From Vulcanisaeta distributa DSM 14429 (GTDB lineage Archaea; Thermoproteota; Thermoprotei; Thermoproteales; Thermocladiaceae), in the NCBI RefSeq assembly GCF_000148385.1, contig NC_014537.1, positions 2,340,001 to 2,372,000 on the forward strand: a DNA stretch of 32,000 nt. The letters run 5' to 3'. Of the stretch, positions 9,274 through 16,703 are shown piece by piece (the first letter of the stretch is position 1; every line of letters begins with the position of its first letter). Below the pieces are notes generated by a model. The model was not told the origin of the DNA, searched no databases, and worked only from the letters and a program-made list of their open reading frames with translations. Both the position numbers and the translations under genes were made by a program.

Positions 9274-10217
9274 GTGGTGCATCACGCCGCATCAATTTCC
9301 AAATCCACGGCGCCACGCTGACGGTAGATGGGGAATTACATCCAAATTATGCATTGATGACACCACTAATCAAGGGCTTAGGCTCTCATAGAAAGGACAC
9401 CTTCATGAGATTAATAGCCACAGATACAAGTCTGCTCTTTGCATATGCCGCAGATGGAACGGGAAGCTACAATGGAGGGCAACATGTTGGCTATGCAGTA
9501 TCGAACGCCTATAAAATCAATGATGTGCCGGCCCCCGTCTGGCTTGCGAATAGAATTAATGAAATAACTGGGCTATCCATTAAATACGTTTACAGTTTCG
9601 TAATACGCTTTGATGAAGAGGACGGACGCATATTTGCCTGGCTAATCCTACGCAGCCTCTCAAATATTAATAATACGGCAATTAGGTTACCACTTACGTT
9701 ATTCTATAGAATTAGCGACTTAATTAAGCACGCAGTGCTATCGCATCACGGCAAAGCGCTATCGCAAATCATTATACGAATGCCCTTAGCAAATAATGCG
9801 TTTAAAGAAGCTAAGTTGCACGTCGAGTATTACGCTACGTATAGATTTAACGTTGGTTCGTCATTCGCTGAAGAGGCGAGGCAATTCGTAGAACTAGTAA
9901 ACTCCATCCTTAAGGAGTTCGGAATAAATGAGCATTTGAAATACTACTTCTATACTGGTAAGGGTCTATCGATTACCGTTTCTAAGAACGTGATCCCCGC
10001 GTTACTAGGCATTGCGGACTTCGCAATCGTGCCTCAGTCCAGCGACCTCATAAACGCAATTAATAATGCGGACAAAGCCAGGCGCAAGGCATATGAAGTA
10101 TTCCAGTACTTCGAAAGGAAGGGCGATTTATTGGAATACCTAAATTACGTCAAGTATTACGGAAACCCGTACAGCCATCCGTACAGCTTCTCCTCAGAAA
10201 GCACCAATTTAACATAA
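9240..10217 (+). CDS. Insertion-borne hypothetical protein OrfB (no recognisable domain; possibly expressed as a 516-aa OrfAB fusion)
   Basis: 325-aa ORF from the first ATG. Its frame is open from 9192 and overlaps OrfA by 34 nt (82 nt of open frame). No DDE, HUH, Tyr/Ser-recombinase, RT or RuvC motifs were recognised by eye. Confidence 0.45.
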   Translation: MPILSDFVYAIGGASRRINFQIHGATLTVDGELHPNYALMTPLIKGLGSHRKDTFMRLIATDTSLLFAYAADGTGSYNGGQHVGYAVSNAYKINDVPAPVWLANRINEITGLSIKYVYSFVIRFDEEDGRIFAWLILRSLSNINNTAIRLPLTLFYRISDLIKHAVLSHHGKALSQIIIRMPLANNAFKEAKLHVEYYATYRFNVGSSFAEEARQFVELVNSILKEFGINEHLKYYFYTGKGLSITVSKNVIPALLGIADFAIVPQSSDLINAINNADKARRKAYEVFQYFERKGDLLEYLNYVKYYGNPYSHPYSFSSESTNLT

Positions 10218-10461
10218 CCCTTTCCTCGATATGCATTCGAGCATTTTATACCTTAGCTTAACAACGTAAGTATTAAGAGATGATGCTTGCTCTGGCAAAG
10301 CAATTAGTAAGTCTATCAAGGTAACCAAAAACGATGAATAATGTTCTCCTAAGCCTAGGCGCAGCGATGTAATAGCCAAAGAGAATAGGTAAGAGATTCT
10401 ATTATTTTTATTAATTTCGTCTAATCAATTAGTAAGTTTTGCTCGCTGGAGCAATAAGCCC

Positions 10462-11330
10462 AGCCAGATATCCATCAATACCCTGAGTAATTTTGTGGCA
10501 TTTACCGTCATGTAGAAATTGCTATTCCATAGCATTGGCACGTTTAGGTCATTCCCGTAAAACGCCCAGTTCCTGGAGAAGTTGTAGGGTATGAAGTCTG
10601 CCTTAACAGAAAGTACGGCATCGTACTCCTCATCACTCAACTCATCAAGGACCTTAATGCCATCACGTGCGATCAACCTTATAGCCTCCGCAACGTTGTG
10701 AAGGTGTGGTGTGGGTTCACCACCGACCCAGTTAATGTTGTGGACTCCCTCAAGCCTGAGGATGATTGCGGTCGAGGCTATTTGTCTTGGGTTCATAACG
10801 ACTCCATTAAACCTATCCCTGCTTATGTCAGCGTTTTGGCAGAAGGCGCATCGGAGATTGCAGGATGTGAAGAATATGGTCCCGGAACCCATCACGCCGC
10901 GCAGTGGTAATTCCTCACCAAGGTGGTGAAAGTACGTGGATACTCGACTCGTGGAATCAAGCATGCATACGCCAAGCCTCCTGCCGCTCGTCCTATCAAC
11001 CCTACAACGCCACTCACAGAATTCACAATGCTTAATCATTCTTTTCGTGATCTCGGCAATTAGGTCTAGTAGTGATGGTGATGCCTTAGGCATGCCCTTA
11101 ATATCCACCTCATTGTTCCTGACCCTGCGCCATAACTCGAGGAAGTCGTTTAAGGTCCTATCGAACTCTCTCCACAACTCGCTTTCGCTTAACTCAGTCA
11201 GTTTCTCATTAACGGGTATTCTAGCCGCTATGAGGTACTTAGCCGGCTTCCTATTAATGGCTACCTCGTAGTACCAGGGCAGTTTGTCTCTGATGTACTT
11301 CCAAATCCATAGTCTTGAGAAATTAATCAC
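10462..11330 (-). pseudogene. Radical-SAM activating-enzyme-like gene (PflX/COG1313-type), N-terminal fragment
   Basis: FTSCNLRCAFCQNADIS is the CX3CX2C radical-SAM cluster motif, followed by NINWVGGEPTPHL. Native sequence ends ...LLRVLMDIWL. The ORF then runs 11 foreign codons (GLLLQRAKLTN) to a stop at 10425. The TATA cctttaaaa at 11352-11360 is centred 26 nt upstream of ATG 11330. Confidence 0.75.
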
Positions 11331-11417
11331 TAAAAATTAATGCATGTTGGGCCTTTAAAATGCTTATTAACGGTGGTAGGGTTTATAACTTCATAGGTAT
11401 GTAGTTACTACATAGGT

Positions 11418-12509
11418 ATGGCGTTTCTCGATAGACCAGCCGAGGACCCGAGTGAGTTGTATGATAGGGAGGCTGAGGTTAGGCAATTGAGATTTTCGGC
11501 ATTAAATAGGGCGGTCACCCTGGTGGTTGGCTTTAGGCGTGTTGGTAAGACATCACTTATTAAGGCTGCCACGAAGGACATGACCAGGATATACATTGAT
11601 GCGAGAAGGTTTGAGGGTATGAATTACATAACAATAAGGGACTTCCTAAATGAGCTTGCTAAATCCCTAAGTCAATTATTACCGCTCAGCCGGAGATTAA
11701 TTGATTTCCTAAGTAGGGTTAGGGGCTTGTCAATAATGGGTTTTACCATCGAGTTCAGTGAGTCCACTAGGGATGTGTCAATCCCATCAATCTTCGATGC
11801 CCTCAATGATTGGGCGTCATCGGAGGGAAAACACCTAGTCATGATAATTGATGAGGTGCAGGAATTGAGTAAGATGAGGGGGTTTAACCTATTGCCAATA
11901 TTTGCCTACGCGTACGACAACCTGAGGAATTTATCCTTCATATTTGCTGGGTCGAAGATTGGCATGCTCTATAATTATTTAAGGCTCAATGACCCCAATT
12001 CGCCATTGTATGGTAGGTACATGGAACTGATAGAACTAAAACCCTTCACGCGTGAGCAGTCACTGGATTTCTTGAGACGTGGGTTCAGTAAAGCGGGTAT
12101 TACAATTAGTGAGGACATCATTAATAAGGCTGTGGATGAGCTTGATGGCATTGTTGGTTGGTTATCGTTATTTGGCCTCACGTACATCAGTAATCCAGGG
12201 CCTGGGGCTCTCGATAAAGCTGTGGGTGTTGCCTCGGGGATAGTTGAGGAGGAATTTTGTAACTTTGTCAGGGCCATGGGTTCAAGGAGGTATGTGCTTA
12301 TAATAAATGCCCTCAAGCATGGCGCCACCTGGTCTGAAGTTAAGAGGTATCTCGAGTTGAGGGAGGGTAGGCCGATAAGTGATAGTGAGGTTACGAAACT
12401 TCTTAGGAAGCTCGTGGATAATGGGTTCGTAATGAAGGTTAATAATGAGTATGTGATCGTCGACCCAATACTAAGGAGAATTAGTGATAGGGTTAAGTGT
12501 CGGGATTAA
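11418..12509 (+). CDS. Archaeal ATPase family protein (Arch_ATPase/PF01637-like AAA with C-terminal winged-helix, DUF234-like)
   Basis: DREAEVRQL...[12 protein letters not shown] (Walker A), [11 protein letters not shown] (Walker B), and a C-terminal ...[14 protein letters not shown]...[11 protein letters not shown] wHTH-like tail. Confidence 0.75.
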   Translation: MAFLDRPAEDPSELYDREAEVRQLRFSALNRAVTLVVGFRRVGKTSLIKAATKDMTRIYIDARRFEGMNYITIRDFLNELAKSLSQLLPLSRRLIDFLSRVRGLSIMGFTIEFSESTRDVSIPSIFDALNDWASSEGKHLVMIIDEVQELSKMRGFNLLPIFAYAYDNLRNLSFIFAGSKIGMLYNYLRLNDPNSPLYGRYMELIELKPFTREQSLDFLRRGFSKAGITISEDIINKAVDELDGIVGWLSLFGLTYISNPGPGALDKAVGVASGIVEEEFCNFVRAMGSRRYVLIINALKHGATWSEVKRYLELREGRPISDSEVTKLLRKLVDNGFVMKVNNEYVIVDPILRRISDRVKCRD

Positions 12510-12541
12510 GCTTTAATTTAGATTTGCCTCAGCCATGGTGT

Positions 12542-13003
12542 ATGGCGGATAGGGTTAGGCTTGCGATTGTGGTTGCGGAGTTTAATTACGACGTAACATA
12601 CCTAATGCTTCAGAAGGCCCTTGAGCACGCCAGGTTTCTTGGTGCTGAGGTTACCTACGTGGCTAAGGTGCCGGGTACATACGACATGCCCGTAATAGTT
12701 GATGAACTGCTTAGGAGGGATGATGTTGATGCTGTGGCGGCAATAGGCGCTGTTATTCAGGGTGAGACTAAGCATGATGAGGTTGTGGCTCATCAGGCGG
12801 CTAGGAAGTTGATGGACCTGTCTGTGGAGCATAGGAAGCCCGTTGGTATGGGTATAATTGGGCCTGGGGCAAATAGGGTGCAGGCTTTGGAGAGGGCTGA
12901 GGAGTATGCCAGGAGGGCTGTGGAGGCGGCGGTTAAATTAGCAAGGAGGCTGGAGTTGCTCAGGGGTAGTAAGTATACGGGCACCACGGTATTCATAGAA
13001 TAG
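12542..13003 (+). CDS. ribH: 6,7-dimethyl-8-ribityllumazine synthase
   Basis: [15 protein letters not shown]...VPGTYDMPV...[23 protein letters not shown]...GMGIIGPG matches archaeal RibH. ATG 12542 is preferred over GTG 12497, which would overlap the ATPase gene. Confidence 0.88.
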   Translation: MADRVRLAIVVAEFNYDVTYLMLQKALEHARFLGAEVTYVAKVPGTYDMPVIVDELLRRDDVDAVAAIGAVIQGETKHDEVVAHQAARKLMDLSVEHRKPVGMGIIGPGANRVQALERAEEYARRAVEAAVKLARRLELLRGSKYTGTTVFIE

Positions 13004-13069
13004 TACAGCGCCTCACTGCGGTGAGGTTAGGAACATGATTACCCCTGAATGATCCTGCCTATGAAGGTA

Positions 13070-13128
13070 ATTATCAGCATTGGAGTCACTCTTCATCCCT
13101 CGGTAGGCGACTAAGCATCATCACGAGT
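13070..13128 (-). ncRNA. Candidate C/D-box sRNA
   Basis: The minus strand reads ctcGTGATGAtgcttagtcgcctaCCGAgggATGAAGAgtgactccaatgCTGAtaa. This gives C box GUGAUGA, a degenerate D' (CCGA), C' AUGAAGA, exactly 12 nt, then D box CUGA. It sits in a 160-nt intergenic gap with an A/T-rich stretch ~25 nt upstream. Confidence 0.4.
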
Positions 13129-13135
13129 TAGAACC

Positions 13136-13142
13136 TTATAAC
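13136..13142 (+). promoter_or_regulatory. TATA-like box (ttataac) for the NTPase gene
   Basis: Centred 26 nt upstream of GTG 13165. Confidence 0.35.
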
Positions 13143-13164
13143 CCCTAGATTTATTTTATTCGTC

Positions 13165-13707
13165 GTGATAACCGTAGCCGTTGGTTCGAAGAACCCGAAT
13201 AAGGTCAGGGGCACGGAGCTTGCGTTTAGGTTAGCTGGCTTTAGGGTTAGGGTAATCTCCACTGAACCACCCAATGACTTATCTCCAGAGCCGATAGGCC
13301 TCAGCGAGATCATAAATGGTGCAATTAAGAGGGCTAGGTATGCGATAAACGTGGTCTCCAATGCTGAGTTCGGCGTTGGTATTGAGGCTGGAATTATAAA
13401 GATTGAGGGTTTTAATGAGGGTGTTGACGTGACCATAGCCACAGTAATTGATAAAGATGGTAAGGTAACCCTCGGTATGAGCCCTGGTTTCATGGTACCC
13501 AGAAGATTCATGAAAGAGGTGTTACAGGGAGTTGAATTGAACGAGGTCGTAAGTAGGTATTACGGTGAACCCAACGTAGGCAGGAAATACGGTTTAATCG
13601 GTGCGTTGACTAGGAGGTTCATAGACAGGGTTGTGCTTAATACGGAAGCCGTCTACATGGCTTTAATACCCAGGATGCCGTGGAACGCGGAATTATTTAA
13701 GGATTGA
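13165..13707 (+). CDS. Non-canonical purine NTP phosphatase (inosine/xanthosine triphosphatase, YjjX/DUF84 family)
   Basis: VAVGSKNPNKV near the N-terminus and GVGIEAGI mid-protein are the family hallmarks. 180 aa. Confidence 0.75.
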   Translation: MITVAVGSKNPNKVRGTELAFRLAGFRVRVISTEPPNDLSPEPIGLSEIINGAIKRARYAINVVSNAEFGVGIEAGIIKIEGFNEGVDVTIATVIDKDGKVTLGMSPGFMVPRRFMKEVLQGVELNEVVSRYYGEPNVGRKYGLIGALTRRFIDRVVLNTEAVYMALIPRMPWNAELFKD

Positions 13708-13710
13708 TGG

Positions 13711-13763
13711 TTGGGCAGGCAGAGTGGAGGTAAGAATAATCTTACCTCCACTCTCCCGGTCCA
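13711..13763. repeat. Direct repeat copy 1 containing a perfect hairpin (stem 13721-13734 / 13741-13754, loop aataat)
   Basis: Core 13717-13754 (aggcagagtggaggtaagaataatcttacctccactct) is identical to 14237-14274. The flanks extend the match to ~53 bp with 4 mismatches. Confidence 0.9.
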
Positions 13764-13773
13764 AAACATTCAA

Positions 13774-14175
13774 TTACTCAACACCCTGCTCGCCCTCACT
13801 CAATTCCTTAATCTCCTCACCACCCTCCCTCTCACTCAACTCCAGGTATATTAACGCCTCAACCTCATCCTTATTACTAAGGCCCAGGCCCTCTATCACC
13901 GTCGTTGGTAGGCTCGCTCCATACTGCGACTTATGTATCCTCCTAATGTTACCCTCATAGACCATGTACCTATTATCCTTAAACAACCAAATCCTCACCG
14001 GAGCCCCATTCCTAAAGCCGAAGTACCTAACGGTGGTCGGCAACGGTATGTAGGCATTAATGACCTTATACTCCCTATCACCAACCCTCCTACTACTCTC
14101 ATAAATCCTAACCCTAGCCCTAACCCAAACCGCATTACCAAAGCCAATATCAAGCACGGTCATACATAAGGACAC
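13774..14175 (-). CDS. Hypothetical protein (133 aa; acidic C-terminal tail) bracketed by the hairpin repeats
   Basis: Long ORF with coding-like composition. The start may be ATG 14163 (MTVLDIG). No confident domain; the segment SLPTTVIEGLGLSNKDEVEALIYLE is only vaguely AbrB/SpoVT-like. Confidence 0.45.
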   Translation of the reverse strand: MSLCMTVLDIGFGNAVWVRARVRIYESSRRVGDREYKVINAYIPLPTTVRYFGFRNGAPVRIWLFKDNRYMVYEGNIRRIHKSQYGASLPTTVIEGLGLSNKDEVEALIYLELSEREGGEEIKELSEGEQGVE

Positions 14176-14230
14176 TAAATGCCCACCTTAAATCCCTGAC
14201 TATCGTGAGAATGCCGAGGCTTGGATAGGC

Positions 14231-14283
14231 AGAGTGGAGGTAAGAATAATCTTACCTCCACTCTTCCAGTCCAGACTTTGACA
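14231..14283. repeat. Direct repeat copy 2 containing the same perfect hairpin (stem 14241-14254 / 14261-14274)
   Basis: Offset exactly 520 bp from copy 1. It lies in the divergent region between the 133-aa ORF and the ORF starting at 14380. Confidence 0.9.
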
Positions 14284-14350
14284 CAGCATTAATAAATAGA
14301 GACCTCACCAATACTTTCAGCAATGTTTCTATTTTTTATTAGAGTAAAGC

Positions 14351-14357
14351 TTATAAA
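14351..14357 (+). promoter_or_regulatory. TATA-like box (ttataaa)
   Basis: Lies within aaagcTTATAAAccc, centred 26 nt upstream of ATG 14380. This argues against the track start at 14323. Confidence 0.4.
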
Positions 14358-14379
14358 CCCCTCAAACCACTTAGCCCTG

Positions 14380-15000
14380 ATGTACATAGTCACCGGTTAC
14401 ACACGTGGAAAGTCCTCAAGGAGTTTTGAGGGTATGTATAAGGACGTTGATGACGTGAGGGATGTCCATGAGACTCTCACCCTAAAGGTTAGGAGGGACC
14501 TACAATACTTCGTTGTTACGAATAACGAGGAGGACCTGGTCCTGTGGTCCTTCGACATACCTGGTTATGAAACCCACATTTACTCCCTCATAAAGGAGAC
14601 CGCCACCCTAATGCTGTGCCCAAGAATCGACAACTCCACGTACCTAATACCTGACATATCAATGCTAGGCAGCCTATCGGGTGTTTTGTCACGTTATGAG
14701 TATAGGGACGTCATATACTTTGTCAGGCCGTTAAATAGGGAGTTCGTTATGGAGGCGTTGAGGGAGGTCCATGGTTCAGCCATGGCGGTCATCATGAGGA
14801 TGCTCATGAGTGCTGGTAGGGCGAGGGGCGCCGCGCTTGCGAGGCTCAGGGACAAGGTTGAGTATGCCGAGGAATTAATCAATAGGGCATTGGACATGTG
14901 GAGGATTAAGGGCTATGAAATAGACGCCTCAGGCATTAAGGACGCAATAATCAGGGTGAAGGCAGTGGTGAGCGGGAGACTCGGTAAAACTAACCGATAA
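14380..15000 (+). CDS. Hypothetical protein (206 aa from ATG 14380)
   Basis: ORF with coding-like composition and a helical, Arg/Ala-rich C-terminal half. No domain recognised. Confidence 0.5.
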   Translation: MYIVTGYTRGKSSRSFEGMYKDVDDVRDVHETLTLKVRRDLQYFVVTNNEEDLVLWSFDIPGYETHIYSLIKETATLMLCPRIDNSTYLIPDISMLGSLSGVLSRYEYRDVIYFVRPLNREFVMEALREVHGSAMAVIMRMLMSAGRARGAALARLRDKVEYAEELINRALDMWRIKGYEIDASGIKDAIIRVKAVVSGRLGKTNR

Positions 15001-15065
15001 GGTCATTAACTTGATTAGTTGAGTTAGGTAATGCGCATGGAATAGATAGGCAAGTCGTTAGGGCG

Positions 15066-15602
15066 GTGATTAAGGAGTTGAGGAGTAGGTACCCGGGTAA
15101 GTCAAGGTCCTGGGTAAGGAGGTCACTCAGGAGGTTCCTAAGCAATGACGTTAGGACATTGGGTAGTAATGCGTGGGTTGTGAGGGGTGAGCCATCAATG
15201 GGTGATAGACTTCCCCAATACATTGTTAGGTTCATTAACGGTAAGTACGTCTGCGACTGCCAAATGACAGCCTGGAGCTCAAGCAGGGAAATATGTACTC
15301 ACATTGGTGCTGTACTCATTAGTCAATTATATGAGGAGTTTATGAAAACCACGTATGCCGCGATAGTCGAGGCTGATTGCGTTGATAACGAATTGATCAT
15401 ACTGGGTAATAATGAGGTGGTGGTGGATAGGGTGGCCCAGGGTGGCGCAACCATATATGTGGTGAGGACAAGGCAGGAGGCGACGATAAAGGCACTACTC
15501 GCTTGTAATGACGAAATCAGGGAGTTAATAATAGGCACGAAGCCCATGAAAGGCTGGGAGGTCATGAAAGTGATGAGGAGCAATACCGCGCACCCACAAT
15601 AA
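15066..15602 (+). CDS. SWIM zinc-finger protein
   Basis: KYVCDCQMTAWSSSREICTHIG fits the SWIM CxC...CxH signature. GTG start. The C-terminal ~85 aa are unassigned. Confidence 0.55.
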   Translation: MIKELRSRYPGKSRSWVRRSLRRFLSNDVRTLGSNAWVVRGEPSMGDRLPQYIVRFINGKYVCDCQMTAWSSSREICTHIGAVLISQLYEEFMKTTYAAIVEADCVDNELIILGNNEVVVDRVAQGGATIYVVRTRQEATIKALLACNDEIRELIIGTKPMKGWEVMKVMRSNTAHPQ

Positions 15603-15634
15603 CTCTTATTAGGTGGATAATACGAAATTACTCA

Positions 15635-16396
15635 ATGCATAGTTCACGCGATAACATAGGCCAACCTCATGAATACATTAAGAGACTTAGGGTTGGCTAT
15701 GCAGGAGCCTCCGTGGCCATCCTAATAATCATTGCCTGGCTGGCCGCATACTCATTCATGCCCAACCCACTCTACATCCTGAATCACCCAAATACCTTAT
15801 TCGCACCAATGCTGGCCGGCGCCATTGGTGTGGCATCATCATGCTACCAAGCACCAGGCTACTTCAAACTAGCCAATATCAATGGGAGGTATGGCCACGG
15901 TAGGTTGGGCGTTGTATTCCTTGTAATTACCTGGGCACTAGCCACTACATCACCAATTGCCTATTACCTATCCGTCACTTTATTCGTAACCAAGGAACTC
16001 TCCTTCTTGGGGCCCATACCCAACCCAGTACTGGCAGATCTATCGGTGGCCTCAATGATATCGAGTTTAATAATGGCCTTCCCAGCCACGTTATTAATCT
16101 CAACAACATTAATTAGATTAGGTAATGATTTGGGAAGACCCATGATTAAGGCAGGCACGATACTCCTATTAATAGGTGCGGTCGAATTAATACTAATGGC
16201 AATATTATCAATGCCACCAATGCGCTTAATAATCATCAACCTTGAATCAAGCATACCCGTAAGAATAGAGATTCCCATACAACTACTCAGCATCCTATTC
16301 ATAGTGCTACCACCCACACTAGGGCTGATTGGGACATTACTACTAACGACAGGGCTCAACACATCACAGACAAGGCTAATTATAAAGGGCAATTGA
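15635..16396 (+). CDS. Polytopic integral membrane protein (about 7 predicted TM segments)
   Basis: 253 aa dominated by long hydrophobic runs (e.g. VAILIIIAWLAAYSF, GVVFLVITWALATT, GTILLLIGAVELILMAIL). A TATA-like cttattag is centred ~26 nt upstream of ATG 15635. Confidence 0.6.
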   Translation: MHSSRDNIGQPHEYIKRLRVGYAGASVAILIIIAWLAAYSFMPNPLYILNHPNTLFAPMLAGAIGVASSCYQAPGYFKLANINGRYGHGRLGVVFLVITWALATTSPIAYYLSVTLFVTKELSFLGPIPNPVLADLSVASMISSLIMAFPATLLISTTLIRLGNDLGRPMIKAGTILLLIGAVELILMAILSMPPMRLIIINLESSIPVRIEIPIQLLSILFIVLPPTLGLIGTLLLTTGLNTSQTRLIIKGN

Positions 16397-16546
16397 AATT
16401 CACCATAATGCACACCCAATACGTACTAAGGACGGACCAAGCAATAACTCATCAATTACCCCACCCCACTAAAAACAGTCCACCGTAATGACGCCACTAA
16501 ACCATTAGGCTAGCAATAAACGACTAACACAGACATAAACAATGCG

Positions 16547-16624
16547 TGGCGGCCCCGCCGGGATTTGAACCCGGGTCCTACGGCTCCGCAGGCCGCCGCT
16601 CTGTCCATGCTGAGCTACGGGGCC
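16547..16624 (-). tRNA. tRNA-Arg (anticodon GCG), CCA encoded
   Basis: The minus strand reads GGCCCCGTAGCTCAGCATGGACAGAGCGGCGGCCTGCGGAGCCGTAGGACCCGGGTTCAAATCCCGGCGGGGCCGCCA. It folds by eye into a cloverleaf with a 7-bp acceptor stem, anticodon loop CUGCGGA and T-loop GGTTCAAATCC. Confidence 0.9.
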
Positions 16625-16645
16625 ACCTTGATTGTCTTCATGCAG

Positions 16646-16653
16646 ATTTAAAG
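16646..16653 (-). promoter_or_regulatory. TATA-like box (ctttaaat on minus strand) for tRNA-Arg
   Basis: Centred ~25 nt upstream of the tRNA 5' end at 16624. Confidence 0.4.
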
Positions 16654-16703
16654 TCTTTGCTTTGTGGTAATCCTTATAATGGTTCTCGGCGCATTATCGA
16701 TAT

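Larger units (their letters stand above)
8611..10466 (+). mobile_element. 1,856-bp insertion / intervening element of unclassified type inside the radical-SAM gene
   Basis: Bounded by direct AGCCA copies at 8606-8610 and 10462-10466. Removing it restores ...DIWLPDFKYG... in frame. It looks A+T-richer by eye. Its two ORFs run antisense to the host gene. I found no terminal inverted repeats and no recognisable transposase or integrase motifs. Confidence 0.55.

Noticed and set aside
8611-10466. Assigning the insertion to IS200/IS605-TnpB, a group II intron, an intein/homing-endonuclease element or a DDE insertion sequence
   Set aside because: I recognised no HUH/Y1, RuvC plus zinc-finger, YADD reverse-transcriptase, LAGLIDADG/HNH or DDE spacing. 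The ORFs are antisense to the host gene, which rules out a spliced intron or an intein. There are no terminal inverted repeats. The type is left unclassified.
10698-11271. Three plus-strand ORFs (70-111 aa) opposite the radical-SAM N-terminal fragment
   Set aside because: They are antisense shadows with no motifs. The minus-strand frame carries the CX3CX2C signature.
12497-12541. GTG-initiated 15-codon extension of ribH
   Set aside because: It overlaps the ATPase gene end. The conserved RibH sequence begins right after ATG 12542.
13011-13026. Hairpin cctcac-tgcg-gtgagg just after the ribH stop as a terminator
   Set aside because: Archaeal termination depends mainly on oligo-T tracts, and none follows. 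It is a real inverted repeat, but functional assignment is unsupported.
13724-14169. Two 78-aa plus-strand ORFs between the hairpin repeats
   Set aside because: They are Pro/Ser/Leu-rich antisense frames of the longer 133-aa minus-strand ORF. The first starts inside the hairpin.
13711-14283. The two hairpin repeats as a miniature CRISPR array
   Set aside because: There are only two copies. The 'spacer' between them is ~480 bp and contains a full ORF. The flanks of the repeats are also similar. No cas genes are adjacent.
13708-16624. An integrated element targeting tRNA-Arg (accessory-looking genes next to a tRNA)
   Set aside because: I found no partial duplication of the tRNA sequence anywhere in the window and no integrase gene. 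The 53-bp repeats share no similarity with the tRNA.
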